Both the position numbers and the translations under genes were made by a program. A stretch of DNA of 59,299 bases from Balanoglossus misakiensis (lineage: Eukaryota; Animalia; Hemichordata): positions 1 through 59,299 of the forward strand of contig JBECUI020000053.1 in assembly GCA_040954595.2 (NCBI GenBank), written 5' to 3'. Below the pieces are notes generated by a model. The model did not search any database. It was given only the letters and a program-made list of their open reading frames with translations, and was not told the origin of the DNA. Shown here one piece after another: positions 31,975 to 41,055 of the stretch; within the stretch, counting starts at the first letter, position 1, and every line of letters starts with the position of its first letter.

Positions 31975-33303
31975 ATGAACTCAATGGAAACGATTGTATC
32001 ACTCTGTAAGCGACGTGGCTTTGCCTTTGCTTCATCGGAGATTTATGGAGGGCTTGCATCCGCTTGGGACTATGGTCCCATGGGTGTGGAGCTAAAAAAG
32101 AATGTTGAACAATTCTGGTGGCGCGAGATGACCCGCTCACATGAGAATATTGCTGGTCTCGATTCCTCCATTCTTATGCATCCGCGCGTCTGGGAGGCCT
32201 CCGGACACGTGGATGGATTTCATGATCTCATGACTGAGGATACGGTAACGCATGAGCGCTATCGCTGGGATCATCTTAGCGAGGAGCAACGGGATACAAT
32301 GGTCAGTCCCAAGGGCAATCCGCTTTCGAAGCCGCGTGTCTTTAATTTGATGTTCACAACCCATTTCGGAGCAGTAGAGGACAGTGCATCGCAGGTTTAT
32401 CTTCGTCCGGAAACGGCACAGGGCATCTATGTGAACTTTCATAACGTCGCTCAAACATCCCGTTTCAAAATTCCTTTCGGCATTGCCCAGACAGGGAAGG
32501 CATTTCGCAACGAAATTGTTACTAAAAATTTTATTTTTCGCACCTGTGAGTTTGAGCAAATGGAGATGCAATTTTTTGTGCATCCCGACCAAGCGGATGA
32601 ACAGTTTCAGTTTTGGAAAAATGAGCGAATGAATTATTACAAGCGGCTTGGCATTCATAGCAACTCTCTTCGCTACCATGAACACGGACCGAATGAATTG
32701 GCGCATTATGCACGAACAGCATGCGATATTGAATACGAATTTCCCTTTGGTTGGAGTGAACTCGAAGGAATTCATAATCGAGGGAACTATGATCTTCGTC
32801 GACATAGTGAATATTCGGGAAAGGATATGAAGTATTTTGATGCGGAAACACAAGAACGATATTTTCCCTATGTAGTAGAAACCTCTGCAGGACTAACCAG
32901 AACTGTGCTTATGCTTATTTGTGATGCCTATCATGAGGAAGATGTAGGCGGAGAAAAACGGGCATTATTGCGCTTCCATCCCGTACTTGCACCTATTACG
33001 GTTGCTGTTTTGCCGCTTGTAAAAAAAGACGGACTTGCTGCCATGGCACATTCACTATATTCCGACCTGTGTCGGGACTATGCGGCATTCTACGACCAGG
33101 GTGGAGCAATCGGTCGGCGTTATCGTAGACAAGACGAGGTGGGCACCCCACTTTGCATAACTGTAGATTATCAGAGTAAGGAAGACAAAACCGTTACCAT
33201 GCGATTTCGTGATTCAATGAAACAGGAACGCCTCCCCATGGAGGGCTTGTTTAGTTATATTCATAACTATCTACGTGAAGCGAGAAGGAATTTTCATGTC
33301 TGA
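31975..33303 (+). CDS. glyQS: Glycine-tRNA ligase, homodimeric alpha2 type
   Basis: WDYGPMG, YLRPETAQG, GKAFRNEI, EFEQME, IGRRYRRQDEVGTP. Confidence 0.96.
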   Translation: MNSMETIVSLCKRRGFAFASSEIYGGLASAWDYGPMGVELKKNVEQFWWREMTRSHENIAGLDSSILMHPRVWEASGHVDGFHDLMTEDTVTHERYRWDHLSEEQRDTMVSPKGNPLSKPRVFNLMFTTHFGAVEDSASQVYLRPETAQGIYVNFHNVAQTSRFKIPFGIAQTGKAFRNEIVTKNFIFRTCEFEQMEMQFFVHPDQADEQFQFWKNERMNYYKRLGIHSNSLRYHEHGPNELAHYARTACDIEYEFPFGWSELEGIHNRGNYDLRRHSEYSGKDMKYFDAETQERYFPYVVETSAGLTRTVLMLICDAYHEEDVGGEKRALLRFHPVLAPITVAVLPLVKKDGLAAMAHSLYSDLCRDYAAFYDQGGAIGRRYRRQDEVGTPLCITVDYQSKEDKTVTMRFRDSMKQERLPMEGLFSYIHNYLREARRNFHV

Positions 33304-34528
33304 TCTATTACAAGTACTACAAGAACGACAATTAATTGCTCAATGCAGCGATTTCAAAGCACTAGGTGAATCTTTGAAGGAAAAGAGCACACTCTATCTG
33401 GGCATAGACCCTACTGCGGCGAGTCTACATGTCGGACATTTACTTCCCATTATGATTGCCATGCATTGTGCGAAGCAGGCACATAGAGTAATTATCCTTA
33501 TTGGCTGTGGAACCGCCCGTATCGGTGACCCCTCGGGCAAGACCGAGTCCCGACCAATTTTAGAGAAAGAAACAATTTCAGGGAACGGTGAAAAGCTCGC
33601 AAAACAGGTCAAATCCCTGTTTGATGCGCATTCTCTTTCTGTTGATGTCATAGATAATGCCGAGTGGTTGGATTCACTTTACTACATTGATTTCTTACGT
33701 ACGATCGGCAAACATTTTTCGGTGAATCGCATGCTGAGTTTTGAGACCTACAAACGTCGCTTTCAGAGCAATGGCTTATCATTTCTGGAGTTTAACTATC
33801 AACTCTTGCAATCCTACGATTTTCTTATGCTTTTTCAAAGGCATCATTGTTCCTTGCAGATTGGAGGCGATGACCAATGGGGAAATATTGTCGCGGGAGT
33901 GGATCTTATCCGCAGGATTCACGGAAAGCAAACTTTTGCACTTACCTGCCCCCTTATTACAACCGCAAATGGAAATAAGATGGGCAAAACCGAGAGTGGA
34001 GCTATTTTTCTTGACGGGAATCGAACTATGCCCTACGATTTTTTTCAATACTGGCGTAATATTGATGACAAAGACCTGGCGTATTTTCTCAAGTTGTATA
34101 CATTTGTTTCTCTCAATGAAATTAATTTACTCTGTTCGAAGGGAGCCGCGGAATTAAATCAAGCGAAAGAGCTGCTTGCCTATGAGGTTACTTCCTTTGT
34201 GCATACAAAAAAGGACGCCGATAATGCCCGCACTGCAGCTCGGGAAATATTTTCTTCGGGAAGTCGCGGGGTAGAATACATGCCGCAGCATAGGGTAGAC
34301 CCTTCTGTTTTACATACGGGAATCCTGCTGCCAGATCTTCTGCATGATGCAACACTGTGCAGTAGCAAAAGTGATGCCAGGCGATTGATCCGACAAGGAG
34401 GAGTACAGGTAAACGGGCAACAAGTAAAGCACGAGAGACTACTTATTACTGCAGAGTACTTACAGGAAGGTCGTATTATTCTGCGGGTAGGGAAGAAATT
34501 GTACTGTTCGGTAATTTCGGAGGAATAA
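33296..34528 (+). CDS. tyrS: Tyrosine-tRNA ligase with S4 domain
   Basis: GIDPTA, HVGH, GDPSGK, QIGGDDQWGNI, KMGKT, SKSDARRLIRQGGV. Confidence 0.97.
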   Translation: MSDLLQVLQERQLIAQCSDFKALGESLKEKSTLYLGIDPTAASLHVGHLLPIMIAMHCAKQAHRVIILIGCGTARIGDPSGKTESRPILEKETISGNGEKLAKQVKSLFDAHSLSVDVIDNAEWLDSLYYIDFLRTIGKHFSVNRMLSFETYKRRFQSNGLSFLEFNYQLLQSYDFLMLFQRHHCSLQIGGDDQWGNIVAGVDLIRRIHGKQTFALTCPLITTANGNKMGKTESGAIFLDGNRTMPYDFFQYWRNIDDKDLAYFLKLYTFVSLNEINLLCSKGAAELNQAKELLAYEVTSFVHTKKDADNARTAAREIFSSGSRGVEYMPQHRVDPSVLHTGILLPDLLHDATLCSSKSDARRLIRQGGVQVNGQQVKHERLLITAEYLQEGRIILRVGKKLYCSVISEE

Positions 34529-34566
34529 CTGCTTATTTCCTTCTTGTACCATATTACTGAGTTTGT

Positions 34567-34968
34567 TTAGTAGTTTTTCCGAGAAAACTTATTTTTCAGC
34601 CAGTTTATAGCACGATGAAAATACCGCATCAAGGGGTTTTTCTTGTATTTGTGCAACAGGCTAAGTTCTTTCTGAGCAGATGTTAACTCCTCGTTAGTAA
34701 AATTTTCACGGTTTAGGTTTTCTTCTATTTCCAATTCCAGTAGCTCATGCACATTGTCGGTGTGCACCATGCGTGCCTCAATTGTTTTATATCCCAATTT
34801 TTTTGCCGATTGTAAGCGACGGAATCCGGCTATGAGGTTATAGTTTTGGTCAATTATGATGGGCTGAATAATTCCATGTTTCTTAATGCTACTCATAAGC
34901 GATTGAATATTGCCAAGATTTTTCCGAACACGAGGCCTAATACGAATTGAATGAATATTTACACGCAT
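34567..34968 (-). CDS. Solo ParB/Srx N-terminal domain protein
   Basis: RVRK, SIKKHGIIQPI, LIAGFRRL, EIEENLNRENFT; no HTH or dimerisation domain. Confidence 0.88.
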   Translation of the reverse strand: MRVNIHSIRIRPRVRKNLGNIQSLMSSIKKHGIIQPIIIDQNYNLIAGFRRLQSAKKLGYKTIEARMVHTDNVHELLELEIEENLNRENFTNEELTSAQKELSLLHKYKKNPLMRYFHRAINWLKNKFSRKNY

Positions 34969-34995
34969 TTTCTTACCCTCAGCCCATCTAAAGAT

Positions 34996-37551
34996 CTAAT
35001 CTAAGAGTGGGTTGGTATTATCCTCCGGTTCTAGTAAGTCATTACTTGGAAATTCTGGGTTGATTCCGGCAAGATCAGGTACACTCAAGGTAATATCAAT
35101 ATCAAGGTCAAATGTATCCCCTTCGTTTTGCTTAAATATGTTAAACGAGGAGGAATTCAACGACATACTGCCATACTGGTTACTCAAGTCGTCCTTTAAC
35201 TTGTCCTGCAAGTATAGCGATAATTCTTTATCGCGGGCTTCAATATTCTCTGTAACCCGCGGTTCAGTACCACGAATAAATATTTCTCTATATACCGGAG
35301 CATCATAGTTTTCAGGTGCAAGCTCACCTGTTTTTTGAGTTACCCAACGTTCGCTTATGCCTTCCGGACGGGAAAAATTACGCAGCGGAAGCCCTTCGTG
35401 AATACTTTTCATATAACGTGCCCAAACCGGCCCGGTTGTAACGGCACCTGTCTGATTTACACCAAGTGAGTTTGTTCCGCCCTGATCAAATCCGAACCAA
35501 ATGGCGGTTGTGTAATACGGCGTAAACCCGACTGTCCAGGCATCAGCCCAGTTTTGTGTTGTTCCGGTTTTCCCTCCTGTTGGTTGGTCAAAGCCGCCAA
35601 CAAGTTGTGCAGCATAGTGCAGGGTTCCTGCTTTTACAGTTGTTTGCAGAATATCCGCCATAATATATGCAGTTTGAGGACTAATAATTTGCATCTCTTT
35701 GCCCATGTTCTTTTGTTCTTCCAGTACATCTAATTCAGGGCGAGCAATAATTTGTTGATTCCGATCTTCAATGTACCGAATCATAATAGGCATAATTTTA
35801 CGCCCTTCATTGGCAAAAATAGTGTATGCTCGTGCCATTTCTATAGGCGCAATCGAAACAATACCAAGACCGACAGGGTATTTTCGTACCAAATTACGAC
35901 TAACCATATCCTCTTCGGAAATGCCAAGAAGCTGAGATGCAATATTGAGTGCTTTGGTAAATCCTACCCGTTCAAGAACTTTCAGCGAGGGCACATTCAT
36001 TGATCGTGCCAATGCCTGTCGTGCCAATACTTGTCCTGCCCATTTCCCTCGGTAGTTTTCAGGTTTATAGGGGGTATTATCATCATTCCAGAATACTACC
36101 GGACTATCGTAGAGCATGGTAGCCGGTGTAATAGTCTTATGTTCTATTGCGGCTGCATAGTATAAGGGTTTAAACGATGAGCCAGGTTCAACATAGGCAT
36201 CTAATGCACGGTTAAACTGATTCCTACCCTCAAATGTGCTTCCTCCAATCATGGCTACAATGTATCCGGTTTCATTCTCAATAGTAACTAATGCGCCCTC
36301 TACTGTCGTTTTCTTTTTATTTACGTTTGCCTCCATGTAGGAACTCTGTATCCCGATTCTGAGGCGATCATTCGGTGCCAACCCGATCGAAAGTGTTAGC
36401 ATGTCCGTAATACTGTTTAATGAGTCGCGATATGCAACCTTAGCAAAGTATGGTTGATTACTAGAAGCATCTACCAATTCAGGTATATTAAATGAAAGTC
36501 CGAGAAGATGAACTAAAGCAGTCATTTCTCCGCCCCGTTTCTGGTAGTTCTCTCTGTTTTTCAAGTACTTCAGGTTTGCCTGGGTAATTCCTTCTTGCAT
36601 ATATTTGCTTGCATGTTCTTGAAAATCAAGATCGAGAGTTGTATAAATATTAAGTCCGTCCTTGTTAATATCCCAGCTTCCCAAAAGAATTTCATTTTCA
36701 AGAACATAACGAATATGTTCACTAAAATGACCTGCCTGATTCTTGCGTTCAAAGAATGCAGTTGATGTATTTGAACGGGTAAAGTCGTACTGATTCCAGT
36801 ACTCATAGAAGCTGCTTTCCGACTCGCCCTGTGTCAGATAACCCAGTGATACCATTTGATTCAGTACATGCTCTTGCATAGTTCGTGCACGGTTTGGTCT
36901 GCGTATAGGAGAATAGAGTGACGGGTTTGCAAGTTGAATAACAAGCATGGCAGATTCTGCTGCAGTAACTTCACGTGCCGAGTGCCCGAAATAATACTGG
37001 CTTGCCGCCTCTACACCATAGTTCCCATGTCCGAAATTCATGGTATTTAGATACGTTTCCAGTATTTCGTATTTGCTCCAATTGCGTTCCAATTGCAATG
37101 CCCACCACAATTCTTTTAGTTTACGTGCAAGGGAAAAGTCGCGCCTATCGGCATATAGATGTCCTGCAAGTTGTTGGGTAATGGTGCTCCCACCTGAAAT
37201 AAAATTGCCGGTCAGCATATTCCACATGGCCCGGGCAATGCCTCGAATACTAAATCCAAGATGTTCAAAGAAGTCCTGATCTTCTCGGGTAATCAGTGCA
37301 TAGATCAGATGTTTGGGAAGATCGTGTACCATAACCAGTTCACGTCGTTCCACAGAAAAGAACTCGGTAATGAGCCGTCCTTTTCGGTCAAACATCTGTG
37401 ATGGTAGAGCAGGGGGCTGTAGCTCGGCACGTGTGGCTGGCAAGGTGTTTTCTACTGCGGCAATGGTAATGCCCAGTAAAATGCCCATCCCCAGAGTACC
37501 CACGACAGCTATAAGAAAAACTATACGTAGAATCTTTGCCCTTTTCATCAT
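34996..37551 (-). CDS. mrcA: Class A penicillin-binding protein 1A
   Basis: Transglycosylase EDQDF, GGSTITQQL, RKLKE; transpeptidase SSFK, SMN, KTG. Confidence 0.95.
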   Translation of the reverse strand: MMKRAKILRIVFLIAVVGTLGMGILLGITIAAVENTLPATRAELQPPALPSQMFDRKGRLITEFFSVERRELVMVHDLPKHLIYALITREDQDFFEHLGFSIRGIARAMWNMLTGNFISGGSTITQQLAGHLYADRRDFSLARKLKELWWALQLERNWSKYEILETYLNTMNFGHGNYGVEAASQYYFGHSAREVTAAESAMLVIQLANPSLYSPIRRPNRARTMQEHVLNQMVSLGYLTQGESESSFYEYWNQYDFTRSNTSTAFFERKNQAGHFSEHIRYVLENEILLGSWDINKDGLNIYTTLDLDFQEHASKYMQEGITQANLKYLKNRENYQKRGGEMTALVHLLGLSFNIPELVDASSNQPYFAKVAYRDSLNSITDMLTLSIGLAPNDRLRIGIQSSYMEANVNKKKTTVEGALVTIENETGYIVAMIGGSTFEGRNQFNRALDAYVEPGSSFKPLYYAAAIEHKTITPATMLYDSPVVFWNDDNTPYKPENYRGKWAGQVLARQALARSMNVPSLKVLERVGFTKALNIASQLLGISEEDMVSRNLVRKYPVGLGIVSIAPIEMARAYTIFANEGRKIMPIMIRYIEDRNQQIIARPELDVLEEQKNMGKEMQIISPQTAYIMADILQTTVKAGTLHYAAQLVGGFDQPTGGKTGTTQNWADAWTVGFTPYYTTAIWFGFDQGGTNSLGVNQTGAVTTGPVWARYMKSIHEGLPLRNFSRPEGISERWVTQKTGELAPENYDAPVYREIFIRGTEPRVTENIEARDKELSLYLQDKLKDDLSNQYGSMSLNSSSFNIFKQNEGDTFDLDIDITLSVPDLAGINPEFPSNDLLEPEDNTNPLLD

Positions 37552-37564
37552 TTGTTCGTAATAT

Positions 37565-37593
37565 ATTATAACTAATAATAGATACTTTTGCAA
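37565..37593 (-). promoter_or_regulatory. Sigma70-type promoter for PBP1A-parB-like operon
   Basis: TTGCAA-17bp-TATAAT. Confidence 0.6.
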
Positions 37594-37635
37594 GTAATTA
37601 TTGTACCTGTTGGAAACCTTCGCATCGCAGGAAAT

Positions 37636-37666
37636 AAAAAAGATCGGTTCATAAATGAACCGATCT
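37636..37666 (-). terminator. Intrinsic terminator
   Basis: Perfect 11-bp stem AGATCGGTTCA/TGAACCGATCT with a 4-nt loop, followed by a U-tract on the minus strand. Confidence 0.85.
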
Positions 37667-37717
37667 AACTCTGTGTATTGTCGGCGTACTTGTAGGAGGG
37701 GGACAGCCCGCCGACAT
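37636..37717 (-). ncRNA. Candidate small RNA (anti-SD hairpin plus terminator) or leader-peptide attenuator
   Basis: GC-rich island in an AT-rich spacer; stem TGTCGGCG/CGCCGACA with apical CCCCCTCCT; sigma28-like TTTAC-15bp-GTCGATAC upstream. Confidence 0.45.
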
Positions 37718-37824
37718 TGTTAGTATCGACTAAAAGATAAATATAGTAAATAGTAATATGAAAGTTATTTTATTTATTTTATAAAAAATCTATGAAACCA
37801 CTTAACATTTGTTAAGTAGTTTAC

Positions 37825-38735
37825 CTAGTTATTAACCCTTCTGCTACCAATTGAGGGCAGAAGAGTCAGGGGATCAATTTTTTTTTGATTATGGAGGATT
37901 TCAAAATGCAGGTGGGGACCTGTTGATATGCCCGTAGATCCGACAGTTCCAATTGGATCCATGCGTTGAATAAAATTTCCCTTATTCACATATATTTCAT
38001 CAAGATGACCGTAAAATGTTTTATATCCATTGTCATGTTCAATATAGATATAATATCCCCACATGGAATCAAAGCCGGTCTCACTAATGAACCCAGCGCG
38101 ACTAGCGCGGATTAATGAGCCATTCTCTGCAGCAATGTCTATGCCACCATGGAAATGGTGAAGATTGTTTACCGGATGAGTTCGCCAACCGAAAAAGGAT
38201 GTAATATTGTATTCGATTAATGGAAATGCAAAGAGGGACTGAAAAAACAGTTTTTGTTCGGCATCACTAAATCGGGCTCCCGGAAAGAAGTAAAAAATTT
38301 TTTCGGCATTATTTTCTTCAAGCAAAATCCTGTTATCTGTGCTAAAAAGTTCTTGGTAGTGTGAGTGTAACATAATGTCAAGCTCATTTTGAGGGTTGTC
38401 CGGTACAAATATGCCGGGAATGCTGGGGATCCATAGTTCTCTTCCATGAAGAGCAATCGTGCTGCTCGGAATGCTGTTTAAGCTTGCTATTGTTTCGTAT
38501 GGGATCAGAGTTCGTGCGGCAATTGAAAATAGGGAAACATTGCTATTATTTGTCAGTAGGTATATATTTGCAGGGGAACAGTTAATTCTTCCGAAGTGCT
38601 GTTTTCCTGTAAGTATCGTTTTATAATATTTTGATGTTGTAAATAGAAGGGGTCATTTATTGTTAATTCTTGTATTATCGGATAGGCAGGCAACCATGAG
38701 ACTACAAGAAAGAGTAAGAAAGGGATATATTTCAT
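37825..38735 (-). CDS. M23 family metallopeptidase with signal peptide; frameshifted
   Basis: HGGIDIAA, TFYGHL and TGPHLHFEI zinc motifs intact; N-terminal pieces in other frames (about 38550 and 38390). Confidence 0.85.
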
Positions 38736-39118
38736 TGATGAGGCTTGCCTAAAATGAAGCCGCAGAGAAAAAGAAGATATAGAAGGAAAGGGATAACGAG
38801 CCAAGGAAAAGAGGGAAGAAACAGGAGAGTAAGGAGCGGGAGAAACAAGAGTATGCCTCGCTTCTTACCGGTACTGCGCACTTGTTTGATTAATAACACA
38901 GGTAGCACTACTAAAACAGAAATGCCGATGAGGATGATGCTATACCATTGATTATATGTAGTTGCAACCCACCAGATTGGAAATGAGACAGAGAGGGCTA
39001 GTACAGCAACAATTATTCCATAACGAAGAATGGTAACCAGCATTATGGCCAGTGTTCGGTATCCTCGAAAACAACGAATAACAACTTTGTGCATCAGGTG
39101 AACAAAATTCGCACTCAT
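38732..39118 (-). CDS. Small integral membrane protein, hypothetical
   Basis: Three to four hydrophobic segments; ATGA overlap with the M23 gene. Confidence 0.7.
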   Translation of the reverse strand: MSANFVHLMHKVVIRCFRGYRTLAIMLVTILRYGIIVAVLALSVSFPIWWVATTYNQWYSIILIGISVLVVLPVLLIKQVRSTGKKRGILLFLPLLTLLFLPSFPWLVIPFLLYLLFLCGFILGKPHQ

Positions 39119-39125
39119 TGCCAGT

Positions 39126-39154
39126 ATTATATACTACGTTCCGTAGTTTATCAA
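39126..39154 (-). promoter_or_regulatory. Sigma70-type promoter, probably producing a leaderless transcript
   Basis: TTGATA-17bp-TATAAT, 7 bp before ATG 39118, no SD. Confidence 0.65.
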
Positions 39155-39210
39155 TAGGCAAGCAGTTAGAATTTAAGAAGAGTACTTAAGCAAATTTATT
39201 GTTTAATAAC

Positions 39211-39239
39211 TTGACAAGAATATAAATTACTTTTACAAT
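39211..39239 (+). promoter_or_regulatory. Sigma70-type promoter for the cNMP-binding gene pair
   Basis: TTGACA-17bp-TACAAT. Confidence 0.7.
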
Positions 39240-39303
39240 ACATACAGTATAGAAGTTGGTATTATATACCATAACGTTAGGTGTGAGGGTTGAGAGCAAC
39301 ATA

Positions 39304-40330
39304 GTGCCAAGAACAGCGAATTATCGAGCAAATTCAGTAATCTATTTTGAAGGCGACAGGGATGAGCGGGTATATGTCTTGAAGTCTGGTCGTGTTATCT
39401 TGAGTTCGACCGATATTGAAACGAACGAAGTAGTACGAAACCCCGTAAATATAGGTGAATTTTTTGTGCGTAAAATCTGCCCTGGGGCATTACCCGAGAG
39501 AAGAGGACGCAATGGTCTTATCAGACAGCATAGTTGTAGTTCTTTCGGTTCCGGAGTTTGAAATGCTTGCACTCAACAATCCGCAGATTGTCATCAAAAT
39601 GTTGAAGGTCTTTTCACATCAATTACGTCGTCTCCATACTAAGGTCCAATCAATGCTGAACGAAAGCAAGACAAGCATTGATGCGGAATTAGGACTCTTC
39701 CAATGCATTGAATACTATATGAGTATTCACTCATATGAAGCAGCAGCCCATGCTTTAACGCGCTATCTTCAGTATTATCCGAATCATACGCATGCAGGAC
39801 ATGCTCGTCGGTATCTTCAGGAGGCAAATGCGGCCTTGGGTCAAATCCCAAATGGGAGCGCATCTGTTGCAGCCAAGCAAGAGTTCCTGCTACACCTGCT
39901 ACACCTGTTGCACCGCCGCCCGAACCGGTTAGCCAGGATTACTTCGCCGCCCCCCGCCGACTGCTACTGTAAAAGAAGCAGTAAGCTTTGGTACGGCAAA
40001 ACAGCTATTTGATGTTGGAAATTTTTCCAGTGCGCTTGAACAGTTTCGGAAACTTTTAGGGCAGGTTCAAAACGAGGCTGAAAAGCAAAGTCTTATTCTC
40101 TACATGGGACGATGTCTTCTTGACAGCGGTCAATATGCGGAATCGATTCGTACGTTTACCCAGATGTTACAGGATTTTGCAGACATCAAAGATATAGATC
40201 TTATTTTGTATTACATAGGCCATGCATATCATGCACTGGGTAATATTCCGAAGGCTGAGGCATTTTGAAGCGTTCTCTCATGATTACCAAACGAGGGGAG
40301 CCTTCAAAGAGTTGATACAGCAAGATTTGA
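39304..40330 (+). CDS. Cyclic-nucleotide-binding domain + TPR protein; several frameshifts, end approximate
   Basis: VIYFEGD...VYVLKSGRV...GEFF cNMP fold; TPR-like YLQYYPN; Pro-rich linker near 39885-39930; further TPR-like sequence 40000-40300. Confidence 0.72.
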
Positions 40331-40351
40331 CACAAAGGAGGCAGCATCTCT

Positions 40352-41055
40352 ATGAACCTAACGTCTTTTGACAGGTTTGCTGTTGATTTTCGGCAAGGTC
40401 AAATAATTTTTTGTGAATATGAACCGGGCGATACATTTTATCTTATCCAGAAGGGGCGGGTACAAATTACAAAAATTATCGGGTCGATTGAAAAGACAGT
40501 TGACATTTTGAATCCAGGGGAAATATTCGGAGAAATGGCAATTCTGGAAGAAGCCCCCCGTTCGGCAAGTGCAGTGGCATTGGATGCAGCGCGTCTTCTT
40601 GCTTTTAATCGGGAAAATTTTCAAATTCTTATGCGGGGCACACGCAAATAGCCTTGAAACTGCTTAAACTTTTTTCCAAGCGTATTTTCGATCAATCGCG
40701 ACGGCTTATGATCCTCAAACTATCCAACAAACAGGCTCGGGTTGCTGATGTTTTTCTTATGTTAAACGAGGGATTACCGGTAGTCGATGAGAATAGTGAT
40801 TCTCGTGTTTTTTATACAACCGTCTCCGATATTGCACATTGGGCTGGAATTTCTACAGAGGAAGCACGAGTGGTTATTAATCAGTTCGCCTCGCAACGGA
40901 GAATTGAAGTATTTAATGACCATATTGTCGTAAATAACATCCATGATCTCACGCGCTTCGTTCTTTCAAACCGTAAGAAGAATCCTAGCGGAACTCAAAT
41001 TCTGAAGTTTACCGACATTCCCGTTTCGACAACAATAGGGGGCCATCCTCTTTGA
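40352..41055 (+). CDS. Crp/Fnr family transcriptional regulator; frameshift near 40640
   Basis: IIFCEYEPGDTFYLIQKGRV, GEIFGEMAILEEAPRSASA, HTH-like TVSDIAHWAGIS. Confidence 0.85.

Noticed and set aside
32137-32853. Long antisense and alternative-frame ORFs (238 aa here, 190 aa at 5267-5839 and others)
   Set aside because: They lie wholly within conserved genes and have no recognisable motifs or RBS; they are shadow ORFs.
30642-34528. Three tandem tRNA synthetases as a T-box-regulated or specialised cluster
   Set aside because: Intergenic gaps are only a few bases to about 20 bp, leaving no room for T-box leaders, and each enzyme has standard catalytic motifs.
34567-34968. ParB-domain gene as a sign of a plasmid, prophage or defence system
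   Set aside because: Its neighbours are housekeeping genes; there is no parA, methylase, nuclease or mobile gene nearby.
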